A DNA stretch of 64,000 nt. Source: Malacoraja senta. Its lineage: Eukaryota. The stretch spans positions 3,908,001-3,972,000 of the forward strand of contig CM075998.1 of assembly GCA_038087875.1 (NCBI GenBank), given 5' to 3'. Below are positions 62,901-64,000 of this stretch, piece after piece. The notes beneath the pieces are model-generated. The model did not search any database, was not told the DNA's origin, and saw only the letters and a list, made by a program, of their open reading frames with translations. The first letter of the stretch is position 1. Every line of letters begins with the position of its first letter. The position numbers and the translations under genes are program-made.

Positions 62901-64000
62901 GCAGGTGCTAGAATGTGAAACAAAAGTAGAAGCGCTGGAAGAACTCAGCCAGTCCAGCAGCATCTGTGGGAAGAGGTGCCAGTCCACACAGTGTTCTGAA
63001 GAAGGGTCTTCAACCTGAAACTTTGACTGGTTTCTCTTTCCACAGATACCGCTTGATTCCCCGAGTTCTTCCAGCATTTCTATCTTTGTTTCACTTTTAA
63101 GATATTAGTACAAAAAAAACCGCCTAAACATGCTTCCTGTGACATCCCATCCTTGCACAGTGTAGAGTCAGACAGCACGGAAACAGGCCCTTCAGCCATA
63201 TTGCCCATGCCGAACAAGATGCCTCATCCATAGCTGTCCCACCTGCCTGCATTTGTCAGGCATTCATGCAGTCCTGGTGTTGTCTCATCAATGCATAACC
63301 TCCCTATTTTCCTAAATTCCGAAGTAATAGGAGCAGAATTAGGCCATTCGGCCCATCAAGTCTACTGCGCCATTCAATCGTGACTGATCTATCTCTCCCT
63401 CCTAACCCCATTCTCCTGCCTTCTCCCCATAACCCCTGACACTCTTAAAAATAGCGGAGTCAGGGGATATGGGGAGAAGGCAGGAACGGGGTACTGATTG
63501 GGGATGATCAGCCATGATCACATTGAATGGCGGTGCTGGCTCGAAGGGCCGAATGGCCTACTCCTGCACCTATTGTCTATTGTCTATTGTCTATTGTCAC
63601 CCGTACTAATCAGGAATCTGTCAATCTCCGCCTTAAAAATATCCACTGACTTGGCCTCCACAGCCGTCTGTGGCAATGAATTCCACAGATTCATCACCCT
63701 TTGACTAAAGAAATTCCTCCTTATCTCCTTCCTAAAGGCACGTCCTTTTGTTCTGAGGCTGTGGCCTTCGTAGTCAATTCACTGCAAATAAGCAATAAGG
63801 TTCTGTTAAGTTTCCCAATTACTTGCTGTGCCAGCAAATTAACGCTGAAACCTTAATCCCTACGCACCACAGAGATTGTAATTTCTCACCATTTATTTTT
63901 CCTAACAAAATGAATCATGTCACATTTCCCACATTATATTCCATTTGCCCATTCACTTGACCTTTCAATATCCCTTTGTGGCTTCCATGCGTCCCCTTCA

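Overview
Vertebrate genomic DNA, most likely from a cartilaginous fish (skate or ray), judged from HE1-type V-SINEs with CR1/HER1 LINE tails, Deu-domain SINE relics and Penelope-derived palindromic repeats. Two genes lie tail-to-tail. The 3' part of TFCP2 (LSF/CP2) is on the + strand: six coding exons at 5198-13023, plus a candidate 66-nt cassette exon. A nearly complete GLI1 is on the - strand: twelve recognisable coding exons at 47658-24299, including N-terminal exons homologous to GLI2/GLI3. Exon-phase counting shows five single-base frame disruptions (two in TFCP2, three in GLI1), which are either consensus errors or real decay. Notable non-genic structure: a fold-back hairpin with the GLI1 stop codon at its apex, a 25-nt antisense copy of the GLI1 C-terminal coding sequence downstream, a perfect 42-bp inverted repeat bracketing TFCP2 exons, Penelope-derived elements with minimal hammerhead-ribozyme cores and 12-16-bp TSDs, two MITEs, a Helitron-like element, a ~450-bp local duplication and a 1.5-kb (TG)n array. 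There are two 200-N gaps (20709-20908, 52331-52530). Comparisons to other species are from recalled sequences, not database searches; repeat boundaries are approximate.
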